The notes under the pieces: model-generated | Seen by the model: only the letters and a program-made list of their open reading frames with translations | Told to the model about the DNA's origin: nothing | Databases searched by the model: none | In this document: positions 1 to 10,122 of the stretch, piece by piece | Layout of the letters: each line of letters starts with the position of its first letter | Position numbering within the stretch: the first letter of the stretch is position 1 | Translations under genes and position numbers: made by a program | Assembly: GCA_027310185.1 (NCBI GenBank) | Contig: DAIDBH010000018.1 | Coordinates: 96,001 to 160,000, forward strand | Direction: 5' to 3' | Length of the DNA: 64,000 nt | Origin: Thermoplasmatales archaeon | Lineage (GTDB): Archaea; Thermoplasmatota; Thermoplasmata; Thermoplasmatales; Thermoplasmataceae

Positions 1-930
1 TTTTCCACAGGGATGGCAGGAATAACATCACTTATGATGTCTTTGGTTGGAAAAAAGAAAAGAGTCCTCTCAATAATGGACCTCTATGGCCAGACACTGA
101 GCTTTTTCAAGAACAAGTTGCCAAAATATGGGCTTGATGTGGATATTATTTCCATAGACAAACTGAACTCAATAGAGTTTGACGTTACCCGATATGATGT
201 AATCTATACAGAAAGCATAACAAATCCATCAATGAAAGTTCTTGATCTGAAAACCATAGGGGAGCTTTGCAACAAGAATGGGATCACACTCATTGTAGAT
301 GCAACATTCTGTTCCCCATACAACCAGAATCCCCTTGAGTTGGGAGCTGATTATGTGGTTCACAGTGGAACTAAATACCTGAACGGTCATTCTGATACAA
401 TGTCAGGGTTTGTCAGTTCCAACAGGGAGCTTTCAGACGTATTTGATATGAGGAAAAATCTTGGGGCAACACTGGATGCATTCCAGGCATATCTTATCCA
501 GAGGGGAATGAAGACACTTGGGCTAAGAATGAAGCAGCATAATTCAAATGCAATGGAGGTTGCTGAATTCCTGAGGGAGAATCCACGTGTCATCTCAGTG
601 AATTATCCAGGATTGAAAGATGATAGATATCATTCTGTTGCAGAGAAAAATATGAGGGGGTTCGGGGGAATGCTCTCTTTCAGAGTGAAAGGAGGATTGG
701 AAGGGGCACGTAAATTCATGAAGGGACTTGATAGTATATCAGCTGCGCCAAGCCTTGGTGGTGTTGAGTCCCTTGCCACTCTGCCAATAGACACATCCCA
801 TGGCTCTGTAAGCCAGGAGGACAGGAAGGTCATGGAAGTTACAGAGGATATGGTAAGACTTTCTGTTGGAATAGAAGATCCGGAAGATATAAAGGATGAA
901 CTGGGAAAGGCACTCAGCCAAATCAGCTGA
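1..930 (+). CDS. Cystathionine gamma-synthase/lyase family PLP enzyme (5' end lies outside the window)
   Basis: Frame is open from base 1 (FSTGMA motif). ESITNP, VDATF, PLP-lysine motif HSGTKYLNGHSD, SLGGVESL and RLSVGIED are all present. Confidence 0.9.
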   Translation, partial: FSTGMAGITSLMMSLVGKKKRVLSIMDLYGQTLSFFKNKLPKYGLDVDIISIDKLNSIEFDVTRYDVIYTESITNPSMKVLDLKTIGELCNKNGITLIVDATFCSPYNQNPLELGADYVVHSGTKYLNGHSDTMSGFVSSNRELSDVFDMRKNLGATLDAFQAYLIQRGMKTLGLRMKQHNSNAMEVAEFLRENPRVISVNYPGLKDDRYHSVAEKNMRGFGGMLSFRVKGGLEGARKFMKGLDSISAAPSLGGVESLATLPIDTSHGSVSQEDRKVMEVTEDMVRLSVGIEDPEDIKDELGKALSQIS

Positions 931-2221
931 GTAAATTCTGATTCATCTCAGAACCAGATTTTTTCTTTTTCCCAAACACTTTTTCTTTTTCTGCAAAATA
1001 AAGCATGAATCCCACAAGTATGGTTATTGTTCCTATGTAGAATGCCCTCTCTCCAAGGGCAAACATTATGACTGCAGAGAGTGCAATCGAAAGAATCTGG
1101 ACGAATGGGTATAGAGGAGACCTGAACTTTCCCCTCACGTTTCTCCTCCTGAGTATTACAACAGCGAGGCCTGTAAGGGCATAAGAAAATATGACGCCAA
1201 AATTAGAAGCAAGGGCTATAACCTGAACATTACCAATAAAGAGGGAAACAATGGCAAGACCAGCAATCAGGAGTGTCGCCCTTCTTGGTGAATCTTTCTC
1301 CCTGCCCTGTATCCACCTGGGAAGAAGCCTGTCCTGGCTCATCTGTAGCAGTGTCCGTGATCCTGCAACAATCAGGGACACAGTTACAGTGAATGTGGCA
1401 ATTATGGCAACTATATTTATAGCATATTCCACAGCAACAGGAGCTTTAGCGAAAACGAGTGCATCAAAGAGAGGATTGCCTGTAATTCCGTAATCTCTAT
1501 AGGGCATAAGCGCAAGCATCCCGAAGATTATAATTATATATAGTATGGTACTCACTGCAAGGGCAACCAGTATTGCAAAAGGGATACTCTTTTCAGGATT
1601 CTCAGTTTCCGGGCCAAGGGTTGCAATTGTGTTGAAACCGGAATATGCAAAGAAGGCAAGTGAAGCTGCTTCAATAATTTCCATTGGTTTCGAGGGAACA
1701 AAAGGCGTAAATCTGGGAATTGTCCAGTGACCGTAGAATACGGAAATCAGGATGAAGAGAATGAGGCCTCCAATGGTTATGAATACCAGTATATGCTCAA
1801 CTTTAGCCACTGTGTTTATCCCGTGATAATCAATCAAAGCAGCCACGGCAATTACAATGGCAGCAAGCAGCAATATGTATATATAGGGCAAATTGACAAA
1901 GGAAAGCAGGTATGATCCAAAGCCTATTGCTACTGCGGAGGCGGCAATAGCATATGATATGGCTCGCAACCATCCAACCACAAATCCCGCAGATTCTCCC
2001 ATGGTTACCTTAGTAAAGGAATAGAGACCTCCATGGGACACAATACTGGAAGAAAGTTCAGCACTGTTAAGTGCAATGGTAAGGGCAAGTATTGCTGTTA
2101 ATACAAAAGCAATAATTGCCCCAGGTCCAGCATCACTGATTGCAGTTCCAGCAAGAACAAATATACCTGCACCGATTATATTTCCCAGTCCAATGAAGGT
2201 AGCCTGCCATCTGCTAATCAT
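923..2221 (-). CDS. APC-family amino acid permease
   Basis: IIGAGIF TM1 motif, GGLYSF, FFAYSGF, E..NPEKSIP; about 12 hydrophobic helices. Confidence 0.9.
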   Translation of the reverse strand: MISRWQATFIGLGNIIGAGIFVLAGTAISDAGPGAIIAFVLTAILALTIALNSAELSSSIVSHGGLYSFTKVTMGESAGFVVGWLRAISYAIAASAVAIGFGSYLLSFVNLPYIYILLLAAIVIAVAALIDYHGINTVAKVEHILVFITIGGLILFILISVFYGHWTIPRFTPFVPSKPMEIIEAASLAFFAYSGFNTIATLGPETENPEKSIPFAILVALAVSTILYIIIIFGMLALMPYRDYGITGNPLFDALVFAKAPVAVEYAINIVAIIATFTVTVSLIVAGSRTLLQMSQDRLLPRWIQGREKDSPRRATLLIAGLAIVSLFIGNVQVIALASNFGVIFSYALTGLAVVILRRRNVRGKFRSPLYPFVQILSIALSAVIMFALGERAFYIGTITILVGFMLYFAEKEKVFGKKKKSGSEMNQNLLS

Positions 2222-2317
2222 CCTATGTAATTTATCACTGCCTCAAATATGCTTCCAAATCTTTGTTTATAAAATTAAATTACAAAAATATTATAATCTT
2301 TTGTCGGATATCGAAAA

Positions 2318-3148
2318 ATGGAAAGAGAAAGCATGGTTTGGGACCTGAAATCAACATTCATATTAATGAAGTATCAGATGCTTTTCTACCTCAAGACCAG
2401 AAGATTTCTCACAATGTTGATCCTTGTAATTTTAATAGTAGGGTTGACGGTGGGTATAGATCTCCACGTAGGTGTGAGCAATATACGGACAGAATATGTT
2501 ACTTCAGCAGGATTCCTATCTTCAGGACTATCGTTTGTAGCCATAAGTATTGCAATACTTGCAGGATTCTATGGCGGGGATGCTACAAGTATAGAAACAG
2601 GAACCAATTCAGGGTATTTCATAATGGTACAGCCTGTCAGGAAATCTTCAATCTTAATGGGAAGATATCTAGGAGCATTTATTCTTGCAGCAGGAACACT
2701 ACTGATAGAGTTTGTTGCGGTTGGCGGGATGAGCCAGTACATTTTTGGAGGTATCAACAATAATTTCTGGCTCGCCATAGGAGAATCACTCTTCATACTG
2801 ATGGCATTCCTGGCACTGGCATTCTTATTCAGTTCAATATTCAAGAATCCACTCATAGGAATCCTGTTTTCAATACTTGCATTTGTTCTTATCATGCCAA
2901 TAATAGATGAAGTTATTTCCATTGAGAACATAGAACCATGGTTCAATCTTTACTATGCAACAAGCATCATCCCAGCAGTGTTTGGCCCAATAACTCATGT
3001 AGCAACTCTGGGGGGGCGTGGACCATTCAAAATAGAGACATTCACGCCATATGTCTGGGAAGCTAATTATATAACACTTATTTACCTTGTTCTGTCCCTT
3101 GGCCTTAGTTATGCCATATTCAGGAAAAAAGAGGTGAAACCACAGTGA
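2318..3148 (+). CDS. ABC-2 type transporter permease
   Basis: Six hydrophobic segments and a QPVRKSSILMGRYLG loop typical of ABC-2 permeases; overlaps the ATPase gene (GTGA). Confidence 0.85.
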   Translation: MERESMVWDLKSTFILMKYQMLFYLKTRRFLTMLILVILIVGLTVGIDLHVGVSNIRTEYVTSAGFLSSGLSFVAISIAILAGFYGGDATSIETGTNSGYFIMVQPVRKSSILMGRYLGAFILAAGTLLIEFVAVGGMSQYIFGGINNNFWLAIGESLFILMAFLALAFLFSSIFKNPLIGILFSILAFVLIMPIIDEVISIENIEPWFNLYYATSIIPAVFGPITHVATLGGRGPFKIETFTPYVWEANYITLIYLVLSLGLSYAIFRKKEVKPQ

Positions 3149-4083
3149 TGAACACGAAGTCCGTGAAGGTGATAAATCTCACAAAGAAGTATGGTAATTT
3201 CAAGGCGGTAGATAATATAAGTTTTGATCTTGAAGGTGATGGAGCTATCGCGTACCTTGGCCAGAACGGTGCTGGTAAAACAACCACATTCAAGATGATG
3301 ACAGGTCTTATCAATCCAACTGAGGGAAAGGTACTCATAGAGGGAATAGACGTTACAAAATACAGGACAAAGGCCCTAATGAAGATAGGTGCCTTGATAG
3401 AAACACCGGAACCTTATGCTTCCTTGAGTGTAGAAGAAGCAGTGAGACTGGCAGGTGAGCTTAAGGGTATAAAGAAGAGGGAGGTACTGAATCATCTCGA
3501 AACATTCGGGAACCGTGTAAAGATACCTGATCTGGACAGGAAGGTAGGTACACTGTCCCGTGGCCAGCGGGCCAGGGTGGTTTTTGTTGCAGCTTTTCTT
3601 GGTAACCCGGATATCATATTCCTTGATGAACCCACAAACGGGATGGATCCTGCTGAAAGGAAAATAATAAGGGATGTAATCCTTGAATGGAAGAAGGAGC
3701 ATATGATCCTCATGAGTTCTCACCTGCTCCAGGAAGTTACCGACACATGTGAGAACGTTCTTTTCATCAACAATGGAAAGTTGCTGCTTCAGGATTCCAC
3801 AAGAAATATTGAATCAAGATTCAATTCAAAGAGCCTGAAGGTAGATTTCCTGAAATCTGTGAACATGAATGATCTAAAAGAAGCGCTGGATGGTTTTGCA
3901 GGCAGTGTGGAACCACAAACCGAAAAATCAGCCATAATTTATTTTGATGGTGAACTAGAAAAGAGGGTCAAAATACTAAAAGCTGTCCAGTCCGTGGGAG
4001 ACGTAATTACATTTGCAGAATATGGCTCTTCTCTGGAAGAGGCATTTGTAAACCTGATAGATGATAAGAATCAGGCAAAATAA
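3145..4083 (+). CDS. ABC transporter ATP-binding protein
   Basis: Walker A GQNGAGKT, signature LSRGQ, Walker B IIFLDEP, SSH switch. Confidence 0.95.
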   Translation: MMNTKSVKVINLTKKYGNFKAVDNISFDLEGDGAIAYLGQNGAGKTTTFKMMTGLINPTEGKVLIEGIDVTKYRTKALMKIGALIETPEPYASLSVEEAVRLAGELKGIKKREVLNHLETFGNRVKIPDLDRKVGTLSRGQRARVVFVAAFLGNPDIIFLDEPTNGMDPAERKIIRDVILEWKKEHMILMSSHLLQEVTDTCENVLFINNGKLLLQDSTRNIESRFNSKSLKVDFLKSVNMNDLKEALDGFAGSVEPQTEKSAIIYFDGELEKRVKILKAVQSVGDVITFAEYGSSLEEAFVNLIDDKNQAK

Positions 4084-4143
4084 AACCATTTAAAATATTT
4101 TTTTATCTGGAAAAAATTAAAATTTTATACATATTTTAAAAAA

Positions 4144-6111
4144 TTACTGGAACTTGTATTCTGGTTTCCTTTTCTGGACGAATGCTGATATTCCCTCCAT
4201 GAAATCCTTGGAATTATATAAATTTCCCATGGCTATGGATTCCATTTCTAGGCCGACGTCCGATGGTACCTCTGATCCTTTGTATATCAACTTCTTTGAG
4301 AGGGCTGCTGCTATGGGTGATATCTTTTCGCTCAGTTCAGTCGCAAATTCCATGGTCTTCTGCTTAAGTTCCTCTTTCGGATACAGCCTTGACACTATCC
4401 CATAGTCGCGGGCAACTTCACCTGTAAATCTCTCTCCCGTTAGGATGAGATATGAAGCCCTTGACATGCCGATAAGTTTTGCAAGTTTCTGGCTTCCACT
4501 CCAACCAGGCAGCAGGCCAATTGTCGTTTCAGGAAATCCTATCACGCATTCTCTGTGTGAAACCCGTATATCACAGTTGAGGGACAGTTCAAATCCCCCA
4601 CCAAGAACATATCCTCTCATTTCTGCAATAACAATCTTTGGAATTTCAGATAGTTTCCTGAATATTCTCTGACCCTTTCTAGAATGTTCCATGAATTCCA
4701 TGAAATCAGGTATGAACTGTGTAAGCTCCGCTCCAGCAGAAAATACATTTTCATTTCCAGCAATGACAATAACAAAAACCTCCCTGTCGTTCCATAGCCT
4801 GTCAATAACTTCATTCAATTCGTCCAGGACATTTGTGTTAAGGAGATTGTTCTTTCCATTATTCAGCTCGATCCTTGCAACCTTCCCGGTTCTTATGACA
4901 TTGAGAAGTTTTCCCTCTTCCTTTATTGAATTCCTGGAAGCTGAAGCACTCTTCAGTTTTCCATCCATTGCCTCCTTCATTCTGCCATCTTCAATGGACC
5001 TGGCAGGCTTGAATACATCTGCCCCAAAATTCTCATATAACTGGGTCAATTTATCCTTCACTTCCTTGTTAGAAAGGCCCTTTGCCACGGAAACTGGCCC
5101 AAATGGCCTGTTCATCCCGAGGCAGAACCCCTTCTCAATATCGTCCGGGCTTGCCACCCCTTCTTCTATAAGCTTCACTGCCTCATTGATTTCCAGGCAG
5201 AAAACATCAAGTAACTCAACCTTCGAGGATGGATTAGCCTTAGGTATCTGTGCCTTTCCGTCTTTCCATTTGTAAAATCCCTCTCCTGTCTTAATTCCCA
5301 GCCTGTTCTCTTTGACCATCTTTAATGGTATGGTTGTCTTTCCGTATGCACTCGATAGTGTTTTGCTGTAGTAATCCAGGGAATGCAATACTGTATCAAT
5401 TCCAACGTAGTCCATAAGTTCGTAGGGTCCCATGGGTAAGGCCTGGCTTTTCGCAAATGCATCAATTGCTTCAGGAGAATCTATATTTTTCTCAAGTAGA
5501 AGAATGAAATAAAGTGACTCCGGTGCACTGATCCTGTTTACGACAAATCCTGCAGTATCCCTGAATACTTTAATTGGCTCTTTGCCAATCTTCTTTGAAA
5601 AGTTAAACACTTCCTGAAAGTTTTCTTCGGATGATTTTTCTCCCTTAATAACCTCAACAAGCTTCATCATGACTGGCGGATTGAAGAAATGCATACCAAC
5701 AAGCCTCTCCGGTCTTTTAAGCATACCCGCTATCTCTGTTATCCTTATGTTTGAGGTATTGGTCGCCAGGATCGCATCATGTTCTGCAAACTTTTCCACA
5801 GAATTGAAAACCTCTTCCTTCAGTTCCGGAATTTCAGGGACTGCCTCTATCACAAGCTGTGATCCCTTCAGCGAAGCCTCCATTTCCCTGTGGAATGTGA
5901 TTCTTTCCATCACATGGTTCTGCTCTTCTCCCTTCAGCTTTCCTGCCTTTACAAGTCTTGCTAGACTCTTTTCTATACCTGCTTTTCCCTTCTCGAGTGC
6001 ATCAGGAAAACTGTCAAACAGGTTCACCCTGAAGCCTGCCGTGGCAATAACCTGTGCTATTCCACTTCCCATCAACCCTGAGCCTATGACTGTTACCTGC
6101 TTAATTTCCAT
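4144..6111 (-). CDS. 3-hydroxyacyl-CoA dehydrogenase / enoyl-CoA hydratase fusion
   Basis: GSGLMGSG Rossmann motif, EAVPE, HFFNP and GFVVNR; C-terminal crotonase domain with FSAGAE, GGGFE and PE..IGLLPG. Confidence 0.93.
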   Translation of the reverse strand: MEIKQVTVIGSGLMGSGIAQVIATAGFRVNLFDSFPDALEKGKAGIEKSLARLVKAGKLKGEEQNHVMERITFHREMEASLKGSQLVIEAVPEIPELKEEVFNSVEKFAEHDAILATNTSNIRITEIAGMLKRPERLVGMHFFNPPVMMKLVEVIKGEKSSEENFQEVFNFSKKIGKEPIKVFRDTAGFVVNRISAPESLYFILLLEKNIDSPEAIDAFAKSQALPMGPYELMDYVGIDTVLHSLDYYSKTLSSAYGKTTIPLKMVKENRLGIKTGEGFYKWKDGKAQIPKANPSSKVELLDVFCLEINEAVKLIEEGVASPDDIEKGFCLGMNRPFGPVSVAKGLSNKEVKDKLTQLYENFGADVFKPARSIEDGRMKEAMDGKLKSASASRNSIKEEGKLLNVIRTGKVARIELNNGKNNLLNTNVLDELNEVIDRLWNDREVFVIVIAGNENVFSAGAELTQFIPDFMEFMEHSRKGQRIFRKLSEIPKIVIAEMRGYVLGGGFELSLNCDIRVSHRECVIGFPETTIGLLPGWSGSQKLAKLIGMSRASYLILTGERFTGEVARDYGIVSRLYPKEELKQKTMEFATELSEKISPIAAALSKKLIYKGSEVPSDVGLEMESIAMGNLYNSKDFMEGISAFVQKRKPEYKFQ

Positions 6112-6115
6112 AAAA

Positions 6116-6451
6116 TCACTTCCTGAGTTTCTTGACGAGGCCAGTCATCTTCGTTGCGCTCATGAGATCTCCTGATATCTTGATTTTTCCTGTCATGTAT
6201 GACATGACTGGATCAATTGTGCCATTGAAAAGACTCAGAAGTGTTTCCTCCTTCCCACTGATTGTTGCCGTGGGTGCCTGATCCGTTCCCTTATTGAACG
6301 TAACCTCCCCTTTGGTAACTTTCACATAATAAGCCTCACCATCTGTGGGGGCAAACTGGAAGGTTTTTTCCATGGTGGCTATCTCCTTCTTAACATCCTC
6401 ATCATTTCCATATTTATCCAACATCTGTTTTAAAACATCGCCTGAAGACAT
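6116..6451 (-). CDS. SCP2 sterol/lipid-carrier domain protein
   Basis: PTATI...DPVMSYMTGKIKISGD is the SCP2 C-terminal signature; 4 nt upstream of the HAD/ECH gene. Confidence 0.88.
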   Translation of the reverse strand: MSSGDVLKQMLDKYGNDEDVKKEIATMEKTFQFAPTDGEAYYVKVTKGEVTFNKGTDQAPTATISGKEETLLSLFNGTIDPVMSYMTGKIKISGDLMSATKMTGLVKKLRK

Positions 6452-6523
6452 GGATTATAATGATAAGGCGTATTATATGTTTATTGGTATTATTTATATT
6501 GTTTGGGTATATAAAAAAAGGGA

Positions 6524-7183
6524 TTATTGGGCTTGTGCAGCAGAAAATAGAACCTGATCGAGAAAGATCTCCTCAGGCTGTGCTCCTATTATTGGTTCAT
6601 CCAAATTGCTTATGGTTGTGTGTGGCACACTTGAAACTGCAGCAGCTTCTGCTTCTTCCTCAAATTCATACGATTCAACCATATCTCCTGTAATATTCGG
6701 ATTCACCAGGGCAAAATTATGTGCCATTCTAACTGCTGAAGGACAGTATGGACACGTTGGTGTTATGAACACTCTTATGCTTACAGGTTTCTCAATCGTT
6801 TTTAATTTCTCGATTGTGCTCTCCCTGAGTTCTATCTTTCCATTGGAGAATGTTTCTATATCCTCAATTATTGATCTGAACTCGTAACCTGATGGAATGC
6901 CGAAATACCTTACATTACCATTTTGGAACCTGTTTGAAAACAGTATGACCACCGGTGCTTTTTCTATCTTGTATTTCTTCGAATCCTCATCTCCCAGTTC
7001 ATGAATTTCTACCTTAACCTTATCTGTTATCTCTGCAATCTCCCTCATTAGCTGTTCTGTATCATTGCAGTACTGGCAGGATTTATTGTCATCCTTGAAG
7101 ACCTTGATTATAACTTCATCTTCCATGGTAGTCGAAAACTGTTCCTTTAACTTTGTTCTGTACTCATCATTTATTAATTGCAT
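6524..7183 (-). CDS. Protein disulfide oxidoreductase (two thioredoxin folds)
   Basis: CQYC and CPYC motifs, GIPSGYEF, VSSVP; start refined to MQLINDEY. Confidence 0.9.
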   Translation of the reverse strand: MQLINDEYRTKLKEQFSTTMEDEVIIKVFKDDNKSCQYCNDTEQLMREIAEITDKVKVEIHELGDEDSKKYKIEKAPVVILFSNRFQNGNVRYFGIPSGYEFRSIIEDIETFSNGKIELRESTIEKLKTIEKPVSIRVFITPTCPYCPSAVRMAHNFALVNPNITGDMVESYEFEEEAEAAAVSSVPHTTISNLDEPIIGAQPEEIFLDQVLFSAAQAQ

Positions 7184-7434
7184 GTTTAATGCATCGTGAT
7201 AAGTTATTAAAACATGTTTGTAAAAATAAGAATGTAAATTGGAAATAACCATATTTTATGTATTTTAAATTACATGCTATTCCATATTAATGGCTGAAAT
7301 AAGACAAGAAATACGAACTCATGAAAAATATTCCTATGATTTCTATACTGGCAAGTGTCAGACGGATTGGTTTTTTGTTTAAACACAGTCAATTTAAACA
7401 AAAATAATTTAATCGAGGTGTATATCTCAACGCA

Positions 7435-8082
7435 TTGAAACTCTTGAAGATCAGGAAGATTACAGTCGGCCCACTGATGACTGACTGTTATATACTTTCA
7501 AACTCCGGTGAATGTGTTATAGTTGATGCAGGAGGAAATCCTGAAAAAATACTGGAAGAACTGGAAAAGTTCAATCTGAAGCCGAAATTTATAATTGCTA
7601 CGCACGGTCATTTCGATCACTTCATGTCAGCAAGGGAAATACAGAGAAAGTACGACATTCCTTTCTATATTAACGAAAAGGATACTGAAATGCTGCTGTC
7701 AAAAGAATATTCTGCAGATCATTTCATAAAGGGATTAAGGACAGAAATTCCGGACAACATTAAAACATTCAGTGATGGGTTCACATTTAAAGTTGGAGAT
7801 CATCAGTTGAAGATAATGGAGACTCCCGGGCACACACCTGGAAGTTCCTGTATAATGGGAGACGGTTTTATTCTCACCGGAGACACGTTATTCAGGATGT
7901 CCATCGGCCGGATGGATTTCGGAGGAAACGAGGAAGATATGGTTAGAAGCCTGAAAAACCTTACCCAGATAAAGGAGTCCACAAAAATATATCCGGGTCA
8001 CGGAGATCCAAGCGATATACGTTATGAATTACTGAATAATTTTTATTTCCAGAATGTTGCAAACAGGAACAGTCTATATTGA
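7435..8082 (+). CDS. MBL-fold metallo-hydrolase (glyoxalase II/YcbL-like)
   Basis: THGHFDH, TPGHTPGS, TGDTLF, PGHG. Confidence 0.92.
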   Translation: MKLLKIRKITVGPLMTDCYILSNSGECVIVDAGGNPEKILEELEKFNLKPKFIIATHGHFDHFMSAREIQRKYDIPFYINEKDTEMLLSKEYSADHFIKGLRTEIPDNIKTFSDGFTFKVGDHQLKIMETPGHTPGSSCIMGDGFILTGDTLFRMSIGRMDFGGNEEDMVRSLKNLTQIKESTKIYPGHGDPSDIRYELLNNFYFQNVANRNSLY

Positions 8083-8134
8083 GTTAAAATTTTATAAACC
8101 TGGGAGTTTGATAAAAGAAGTGGCAAATGCCAGT

Positions 8135-9292
8135 TCACTGTCTCTTATCAATTGGTATATATTCAACATCCAGCTTGCCAACATAGTTGTCCAGCGGCCT
8201 GAAAAGCCTGTTGTTTTCCCAGTATTCAAAGAGATGTGCGGTCCATCCAGCCATTCTTGATGCTGCAAATATTGGGGTGAATAGATCGGGTGGGATGTCC
8301 ATCGCAGTGTAAAGTGGACCGGAAAAGAAGTCTATATTTGGCCATATTCCCTTGGTCTTGCTCAGTTTTTCTTCCATCAGCTTCTCAGCTCTTATTGCAA
8401 TTTCAAGCAATTTTTCTATCTGTGGGTCAGTCGTGGTCTTCATGAAAGACTGAAGATATTTATAGACAACTTTTGCCCTTGGGTCATATGCCTTGTATAC
8501 CCTGTGCCCAAAACCCATAATCCTCTGTTTTCCAGCTAGTGCATCCTCTATGTATTTTTCTGTGTTATCGGGTTCTCCTATGGCCTTCATCATGTTCAGT
8601 GCTGCCTCATCTGCACCTCCGTGGAGAGGTCCTCTGAGTGTTGCTATTCCCGCTACAACTGCTGCATAAGTATCTGCCAGTGTTGATCCGGTAACGAGTG
8701 TGGAAAAGGTGGATGCATTACTGCCGTGTTCTGCATGGAGTATGAACATCAGATCAATCAGTTTTGCGGATTCTTTGTCAGGTCTTTTTCCTGTTAGCAT
8801 ATAGAGAAAATTGGATGAATGAGATAATGACCTGTCAGGGTCAATGAAACCCTTTCCTCTCATGGTCCTTCCAATCATCGCAATGATTGTTGGCAGCTTG
8901 GCAATGAGCTTCACTGCTCTTTCAAGATTAGCCTCCCTGCTCCTGTCGCTCATATCGTCATCGTATGTTGACAGGGCTGAAACACATGTTCTCAGGACAT
9001 CATTTGGATGAGCCTTACCGGAATACATCTTTATGATCTCCTTGATTTCACTGGAAACCTCTCTTTCATCTTTCAGTCTAGCATCAAAAACATCCATTTC
9101 ATGCCTGTTTGGAAGGTGCCCGTAGAGAAGGAGAAAAGCAACCTCCTCATAATTTGACTTATCTGCCAGAACCTCTATTGGATACCCTCTGTACCACAAT
9201 TTCCCATTTGTTCCATCAATCTTGCACAGTGTTGTATCAGCAATAAAAATACCTTCGAGTCCCTTGCTGATTGTAACTTTTTCGTCTGTCAT
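8135..9292 (-). CDS. gltA: Citrate synthase
   Basis: GLEG, HAEHGSNAST, GPLHGGA, GFGHRVY, PNIDF; start refined to MTDEKV. Confidence 0.95.
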   Translation of the reverse strand: MTDEKVTISKGLEGIFIADTTLCKIDGTNGKLWYRGYPIEVLADKSNYEEVAFLLLYGHLPNRHEMDVFDARLKDEREVSSEIKEIIKMYSGKAHPNDVLRTCVSALSTYDDDMSDRSREANLERAVKLIAKLPTIIAMIGRTMRGKGFIDPDRSLSHSSNFLYMLTGKRPDKESAKLIDLMFILHAEHGSNASTFSTLVTGSTLADTYAAVVAGIATLRGPLHGGADEAALNMMKAIGEPDNTEKYIEDALAGKQRIMGFGHRVYKAYDPRAKVVYKYLQSFMKTTTDPQIEKLLEIAIRAEKLMEEKLSKTKGIWPNIDFFSGPLYTAMDIPPDLFTPIFAASRMAGWTAHLFEYWENNRLFRPLDNYVGKLDVEYIPIDKRQ

Positions 9293-9393
9293 ATCCCTAT
9301 ATATCAAAAATATACTTATTTGTTTGTCAGGGTTTAATACTCAACATAGGTCAGGTTATAAAAAATTAGGGTTGAATGTATATCACTCTATCT

Positions 9394-9972
9394 TCATCTC
9401 CAGAGATTCAAAAGTTCATCCTTTGCAATTACATTGAACATCAGTTCCATATTTTGCAGTGATCTTTCATGAGCTTCCTTGTTTCCGGAAGAAACTGCAT
9501 CCTTGACAACTACATTGTAGAAACCCCTGTTTGAACCATCCCTCACGCTTGATTCCACACCGATCTCCGTCGCTATACCAGTGAAAATAAGGGTTTCTAT
9601 TCCTGCATTCCTCATCATCATCTCAAAATTTGTTCCTATGAATATGCTTGCAGTATTCTTGTTAAGTACAGTATCAGATTCTCCAGGAGCAATACTAAGT
9701 TCAAACATGCTTTTGTCCATGTCCCTTGGAAACCTCCTTCCAGCTAGTCTTGGGGCAGACTCAAATTTCTCTGGAAGTGGGGTTATCTTTGTGAAGATTA
9801 CCGGTATAGCCAGTTCGTGTGCCCTTTTTATTAGTTCGTTGTTATTTTTCATGAATTCATCTTTGTTGAATATTCTTCCAACAAGCATATTCTGCACATC
9901 CCATATTATAAGGGCTGAATGCTCAGGTTTCACTATATCTTTGATTTCTGTATATATTCCCGTTTTACTCAT
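9394..9972 (-). CDS. Isochorismatase-family hydrolase
   Basis: ALIIWDVQN, K..ASIFIGT, GIATEIGVESSVRD. Confidence 0.88.
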   Translation of the reverse strand: MSKTGIYTEIKDIVKPEHSALIIWDVQNMLVGRIFNKDEFMKNNNELIKRAHELAIPVIFTKITPLPEKFESAPRLAGRRFPRDMDKSMFELSIAPGESDTVLNKNTASIFIGTNFEMMMRNAGIETLIFTGIATEIGVESSVRDGSNRGFYNVVVKDAVSSGNKEAHERSLQNMELMFNVIAKDELLNLWR

Positions 9973-10122
9973 ACTTTCGTATGCATAAATTATATTTACT
10001 TTTTACCTGTTTTCTTAACTCCAGAGCAAATTATAGACACAAATCACAATCAACTGCAATGAACTGTTCCGGGAATTGCACAGTTCAGTAAAGATTAATT
10101 GCTCTCCTATACTACAGTGATT

